This document shows, piece by piece, positions 57,476-64,000 of a stretch of 64,000 nucleotides of DNA. Origin of the DNA: Eledone cirrhosa (lineage: Eukaryota); assembly GCA_964016885.1 (NCBI GenBank), contig OZ024762.1:4464001-4528000 (forward strand), written 5' to 3'. Numbering within the stretch: position 1 is the stretch's first letter; each line of letters starts with the position of its first letter. Under the pieces are notes generated by a model that was not told the origin of the DNA, searched no databases, and worked only from the letters and a program-made list of their open reading frames with translations. The translations under genes and the position numbers were made by a program.

Positions 57476-57705
57476 ACGTATAACATCTAACTGTTGCACT
57501 CTGACGAAGGAATCTTCCGAACGTTTTCTGGTGGAAGGTGTGCTTCCTTTACTAGAGATTATTTCACCTTGGTAATAATGAGGGGAGGGGGGGCCTAATT
57601 TCGGAGAAAGGAATACATGTACATATATGTGTGGGGGTGGGGAGTGTACACGGCAATACTCCAATGGAAATTGAATAATTTTTTGAATCCTGATCATAAT
57701 TACCT

Positions 57706-57747
<42 letters not shown>

Positions 57748-57748
57748 C

Positions 57749-57781
<33 letters not shown>

Positions 57782-58638
57782 GAGAGAGAGAGATATGTCT
57801 CATCATTTCGACAACAGAGAAAATATTGAAATCAACAAAAGGATTAAAGAATATTTGTGGGATGAGCATTTTCATCGTTTTTACGTTTTTACGTTTTTTT
57901 TTCCATGTTTGGCATGGGTTCGACGTGTTCGTGGAAACAGCTACGTTTCTGTATGAATCGAAGGAGATAAGTCCTTACTCAACCCTTCTCCAGATCTGGA
58001 GAAGAAGACGCTGTGGGTGGTTTCCCACGCTATTTCTCTCGGTACAACGCAATCTATTCACAGAGAGGGAGATAGAGAGAGGGTGTATGTAAATGAGAAA
58101 GAGAAGGACAAATAGACAGAGACAGACAGAGAAAGAGAGAGGTATATATAGACAGACTGATAGATAGAAGCAAACAGAGAAAGACTGAGATAAAGAGAGA
58201 GAATGAATGAATGAGATACAGAGAGAGACATATAGATAGAGAGAGAGAGGGAGACAGAGAGAGACATATAGATAGAGAGAGGGACAGATAGATAGAGAGA
58301 CAGAGAGAGAGAGATTAATAGAAAGAGAAAAAAACGTGAGGGGTGAGACAGATAGACAGACAGGAGAGAAAGAGACTCGACACCAGTATTCAGTTGGTAT
58401 TGACATGTATTTAAACACCAAGCTGGGGGTAATATATGACGTTTCTGATGCAAGAATTTGAAGATGCAAGTATTGGAATCTAGCCACGTGATTCTGTTAT
58501 CTGTTGCAATAATTCCAGATTTTAGAACAAGACTTTCCATAATCTTATATATATGAGAAAAGTAACAGAAAAAACACAACAGTCGACGACGTACAATGAA
58601 GATATATATAAGTTTCACGCTTAATATAGCAAGAAAAG

Positions 58639-58674
58639 CTTTAACGTTTCGGACGTTAGTCCTTTATCAGAAAA
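58639..58674 (-). ncRNA. Ultra-minimal hammerhead motif with a G8A substitution
   Basis: Minus: TTTT-CTGATAA-a-GGAC taac GTCC-GAAA-CG-TT-AAAG. Confidence 0.6.
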
Positions 58675-59337
58675 TAGAGTGAACAATTAAAGAAGAAATA
58701 GAAAAATAGAGAGTGAGCAAGGGTAGAAATGAAAAAAAGTTTCTTCGATAAAAAGTTGGTTTGTTCATTTCGGATATGTCATTCTCGTCGGTGGATGTTT
58801 GTGTATTATTGTGAGCGTGTATGTGTTGATAGCTGTAAGAAAAAAAAGTCTACTAACCAAATATATATTTATATATAACATATACACTCTAAACAAACCT
58901 CGTGCCGTGACTGTGACGTCATTGGTCCTTGTATGAGGTCATTGTATTTTCCCGGATTTCCCAAACGCAGATTCTGTAATTCTTGGAGAAAGATCGGTTC
59001 CGCCAGGTTTAAAGTGCCCAAGATATGCCCTATGGCATGACGGTGCCCCTAAGACTCCATGGGGAGTTACAGGCAGGCCATTTTCTTTCCTTCCTAAATG
59101 TGTTTGTTTGTTAATTTGTTTTATCTCAGAGAGAAAACTGAAAGACGTGAACAATTTACAATTAAAAATTGTAAGAGGTACAACAAAAAAGAATACAACA
59201 CTTTGGGGTAAGGTTTCGTTTCGCAAAATTTCGTTTCGTTTTTTTTAAAATATATATAGCAAGAGAGAGAGATGTATATATATCAATATATCATGCAAAA
59301 ATTCAGAAATAACTGTGTATTGAATATTATATATATA

Positions 59338-59388
<51 letters not shown>

Positions 59389-59821
59389 GCGTGTGCCTGT
59401 GTGTGTGTGTGAAGGTATGACGGGATATGTAGGTTTGTAATCTCTTTCATGGTGGTGTCTGACTACTAAGCCAGTAGACTGTGGTAGAAGCCACATGCCC
59501 TAAACTACTGCACAGCGAGATCGGGTCCTGAAGATCAAGGTTAGGAGGTGAAACCCGAAGCCATTCGGCCACATCTGCGCCATAACACAGTAAAAACATT
59601 CATTATCTGACATTAATGAGTTTAACACGGCCCAGAGGTGGGGAGGGAGAAGTTATTCAGATGATAAACAGTATATTCACGAGAATTGGGGGTCGTGGGC
59701 TGAGAGTTTGACTCACATCCATTTAAATAAAAAGGAAACAAACATTTTTAAAAAGTTGATTTTCCATATTGGACCAAGGAAAGTATATTTCCTTTGCTCT
59801 TTATATTTCTCCTACAATATC

Positions 59822-59917
59822 ATACCAGTAACAACTCCTGGCAAATGAAAATGAGATTATACCAGTAACAACTCCTGGCAAATGAAAATGAGATTATACC
59901 AGTAACAACTCCTGGCA
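59822..59917 (+). repeat. 37-bp tandem repeat x2.6
   Basis: ataccagtaacaactcctggcaaatgaaaatgagatt. Confidence 0.9.
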
Positions 59918-60826
59918 GGAAGCAGAGTTTGAACTGTTGATGTAAAATAAAGATATGGATTAAGTATTTAGGTAGATATAATCTACTGGACACTCCTCAT
60001 CAGATATGTGCTGTTTGATTTCAATATTATTATTATTATTATTATTGGTAGGAGTCAGCAACGAGATAGGTTGGCAGAATAGGTAGAGCGCTGGACAATA
60101 CGCATTGTGGCATATAATTACGGCTCTTTACATTTTGAGTTCAAATTTCGCCGAGATTAACTTTGCCTTTCATCCTTACGGGGGTCGATAGAATAAAGTA
60201 CCAGTAACTTACTGGAGTCGATTTAATCAACTTTCCCCTCCCCAAACATTGATGGCCTTATGCCTATATAAGAAAACATTATTCTTGGAAGGAGTTAACA
60301 ACATGGTAGGTTGGCAGAATCGGACAAACGCATTGCGGTATTTCTTTCGGCTATTTTCGTTCTGAGTTCAAATCTTGTCAGGCTCAACTTGGCCTTTCAG
60401 CCTCCGAGGATCGATAAAATAAAATACCAATTAATAACAGAAGTAGATATAATCTATTTCATCCCCCCCCCCTCCACCCCCAACCTACTCTGCTCTCAAT
60501 AACTACAAGCCAACGATAGAACCCCAACCTGGTGTTTTCAACTGCTAGAATTAACCGCCATTCTTACCTCAAATCACACCATGTTTTCATTATATTAAAA
60601 AAAAACATACTACTACTATTACTACTACTGATAATGCGACTACTACAGCTAATAATGATAATAATACAGTCAAATATACAGCTTAGAAAGGTGACGTGGT
60701 CATGACTGGAACGCCTTGGATCATTGATCTGCTTCATCAGGACTCGTTTAAGACTAAACAACAGCCCTTGTTTCGGGTTCGATTTCAATGTGTGGTAACT
60801 TGGGCAAGCGTCTCCTACTGTAGTCA

Positions 60827-60879
<53 letters not shown>

Positions 60880-60970
60880 TGACTATATATATATATATAC
60901 ACATATATATGTGTGCGTGTATGTGTGTGTGTGGGTGAGAGAGAGAGAGAGTGTGTGTGTGTGTGTGTGT

Positions 60971-61037
<67 letters not shown>

Positions 61038-62211
61038 CATTGTATACAAAAATCAAAACGTTTTGTGATGAGAAAAGAGATCAAAACAAAATAATTTCAT
61101 GAAGTTTGAAGTGGGGTTTGTGGGATAGACAACCTTCTAAAATATTTGTTAGAAGAGAGTGGCACACCCATAGAGCAGTGGTGGCAAGTGGCACAGCTAG
61201 AGAACACGTCACGGCACCATAGTGACTCGGCCACGTGTGAATACATCACACCAAAACAGACAACAGCACATCTAAGAGAGAGAGAGAGACAAGACCACAC
61301 CAAATATAAATATATATGTATATATACATTATTTGCACATCAAGTAAATCTACCAATAAATAGGGGCATGCCTTGTTCGCTATTTTTCTAACAATGACAT
61401 ATATATAAACAATATGGCGGTAGGTTGGGAAAGATGACCGGAAACAGCGGAAGGTTTATTATTTTGCTTTTGTTTCCGTTTTTGTTTGATTTGGGTTTCT
61501 TGGTTGTTTTTTTTAAATAAAGATAATCTCTGATATGTCGCAACGTAAAGATTTTTATAACGATCTGAAATGGCATACAAACACTATCATATATTAAATA
61601 CATATATCTATATATGAGATAAGAGTGTGTGTGTGTGAGTGAACATATATATATATATGTGTGTGTGTGTGTGGGGGTGTGTGTGTGTAATCTGAGTTTT
61701 TCGAATATTAATAATTGTTTCTACTTTTGGCACAAAGCCAGCAATTACCCAGTGTATTACTGGTACTTTATTTTATCGACCCCATAAGGATGAAAGGCAA
61801 AGTTAACCTCGGCGGGATTTGAACTCCGATCGTAAAGGGACGTAACTATGCTGGAAAGCATGTCCGACCCTCTACCGATACTGCCAATCCACTGCCCTTT
61901 ATAATATTATAATAATATGAGTTGGTAGATCTAGAAAGTTCTTTGTTAACTTCGGTGGGAAGAATTTTAAAGATTCCTGGTTAACTTTCTTGGGGAACTT
62001 TCTCGCATTCATCGGTGGCGATGCCATTGACAATCTACCAATTCATATTATGATATTATGAAATTAAATCAAATTATTTAGAACAACAAGTGAAGTCATT
62101 CTTTTCCTTTTTTTCAAATATACCTAACTGTACCAAGGACCTCACACATTTTCCTATATATATATATATAATATAATATAACATAATATAATATAATATA
62201 TATATATATAT

Positions 62212-62415
62212 AACAAAGGAATTGTGGTAAGGAACCAGATGGACCATAACGCACCAGAGTACTCAATACTTAGGGTAGTAGAGTGAGAAATAGGAAAAAG
62301 TATGACCCCGACGGCAGAGCTCAAGCCGTTTCGACGGCTATTTCTGTCTAGAAATAGCCGTCCAGAAATAGCCGTCGAAACGGCTTGAGCTCTGCCGTCG
62401 GGGTCATACTTTTCC

Positions 62416-62418
<3 letters not shown>
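62212..62418. mobile_element. (TA)n-embedded retroelement terminus with internal fold-back; related copies at 24491-24628 and 43944-44101
   Basis: Shared sequence ...agtattgagtactctggtgcgttatggtccatctggttccttaccacaa... always ends on (TA)n. Arms 62290-62346 and 62363-62418. Confidence 0.8.
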
Positions 62419-62447
<29 letters not shown>

Positions 62448-62840
62448 CATGTATGAACATATGTATGTATGTACATGTGTGTGTTGTCTATATATTGCTT
62501 CAGAGTGTTACAAAAACGGTATATAATAGACAGATATAAACACCTTGTCTTTATATACAATATCTTCAATGACATAGGAGTAGAGCGAGAGACAAGCATC
62601 AAAGTCCTGTTCACATCATCAAGCCACATCTCTCCTTAACTGTCAACGGAGCTATTGATTTTAAACACACTTTTACTAAGGATTGAAGTAAACTTGATAA
62701 AACAGTTCACATAGATATATCATCTTGTTAGCTCACTTGATAAATTACTTAATGATTGGGAAAGTGGCAAAATTGTGTTTATATGTCATACTGAATACTG
62801 TATAATAGTCAAACGGAAGATTGTTCCGGTCCAATCATTT

Positions 62841-62920
<80 letters not shown>

Positions 62921-63135
62921 ATATACATTATATATATATATATATATATATATAAGAGAGAGAGAGAGAGACAGACAGAGAGTGGGAGAGGAGAGAGAAC
63001 GTAGCTAAATATACAGATAGATAGATAAACAAACAAATAAAATTTACTTTAAAAGAATCTTTTTAACAACTTCAGCAACAATAAATGCTCTAACAACAAT
63101 AACTATAATTTCTGAACATCCACTGTATATTCCTG

Positions 63136-63968
63136 CCACCTCACTCTCCTCAGCCTCCTACACCTTCTATAACAACCATTCTATACTCCTACCTTCCATC
63201 TTATTCATTCATCTACCACCTCACTCTTCTCAGCCTCCTACACCTTCTATAACAACCATTCTATACTCCTACCTTCCATCTTATTCATTCATCTACCACC
63301 TCACTCTTCTCAGCCTCCTACACCTTCTATAACAACCATTCTATACTCCTACCTTCCATCTTATTCATTCATCTACCACCTCACTCTTCTCAGCCTCCTA
63401 CACCTTCTATAACAACCATTCTATACTCCTACCTTCCATCTTATTCATTCATCTACCACCTCACTCTTCTCAGCCTCCTAGACCTTCTATAACAACCATT
63501 CTATACTCCTACCTTCCATCTTATTCATTCATCTACCACCTCACTCTTCTCAGCCTCCTACACCTTCTATAACAACCATTCTATACTCCTACCTTCCATC
63601 TTATTCATTCATCTACCACCTCACTCTTCTCAGCCTCCTACACCTTCTATAACAACCATTCTATACTCCTACCTTCCATCTTATTCATTCATCTACCACC
63701 TCACTCTTCTCAGCCTCCTACACCTTCTATAACAACCATTCTATACTCCTACCTTCCATCTTATTCATTCATCTACCACCTCACTCTCCTCAGCCTCCTA
63801 CACCTTCTATAACAACCATTCTATACTCCTACCTTCCATCTTATTCATTCATCTACCACCTCACTCTTCTCAGCCTCCTACACCTTCTATAACAACCATT
63901 CTATACTCCTACCTTCCATCTTATTCATTCATCTACCACCTCACTCTCCTCAGCCCCCTACACCTTCA
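63136..63968 (+). repeat. 80-bp tandem repeat, ~10.4 near-identical copies
   Basis: ctatactcct recurs at 63181, 63261, 63341 and onward; about one G per unit on the plus strand. Confidence 0.97.
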
Positions 63969-64000
63969 ATTCTTCCATCGTTTAATTACTTACAGTCCAA

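Noticed and set aside
57985-58004. 20-bp perfect palindrome cttctccagatctggagaag
   Set aside because: Isolated, not next to (TA)n or a ribozyme motif; no function can be assigned.

Overview
AT-rich, microsatellite-saturated animal genomic DNA. The SINE families and very heavy (TA)n/(AAT)n/(CATA)n load look like an octopus/coleoid genome (inference). One protein-coding gene can be rebuilt on the minus strand from four coding exons (37541-37551, 27776-30352, 21985-22062, 18549-19413; all introns phase 2). It gives a 1176-aa Pro/Thr/Glu/Ala-rich, probably disordered protein with one near-C-terminal membrane helix; I do not recognise the gene. Most other ORFs in the track are translations of simple repeats. 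The main hidden signal is a set of about ten type-I hammerhead ribozyme motifs (CUGANGA...GAAA-palindrome-UH closed by helix I) from unrelated sequence families. Most point toward a (TA)n tract 30-110 nt past the cleavage site, and several lie inside long fold-back inverted repeats. The window also holds a decayed Penelope-like retroelement (RT + GIY-YIG, ~53930-55380, minus), a plausible type of mobiliser. Also present: two microsatellite-embedded R4/Dong-like LINE 3' ends, a hAT MITE with TSD, many tRNA-derived SINEs, and 14-, 16-, 21-, 37-, 40- and 80-bp tandem arrays.
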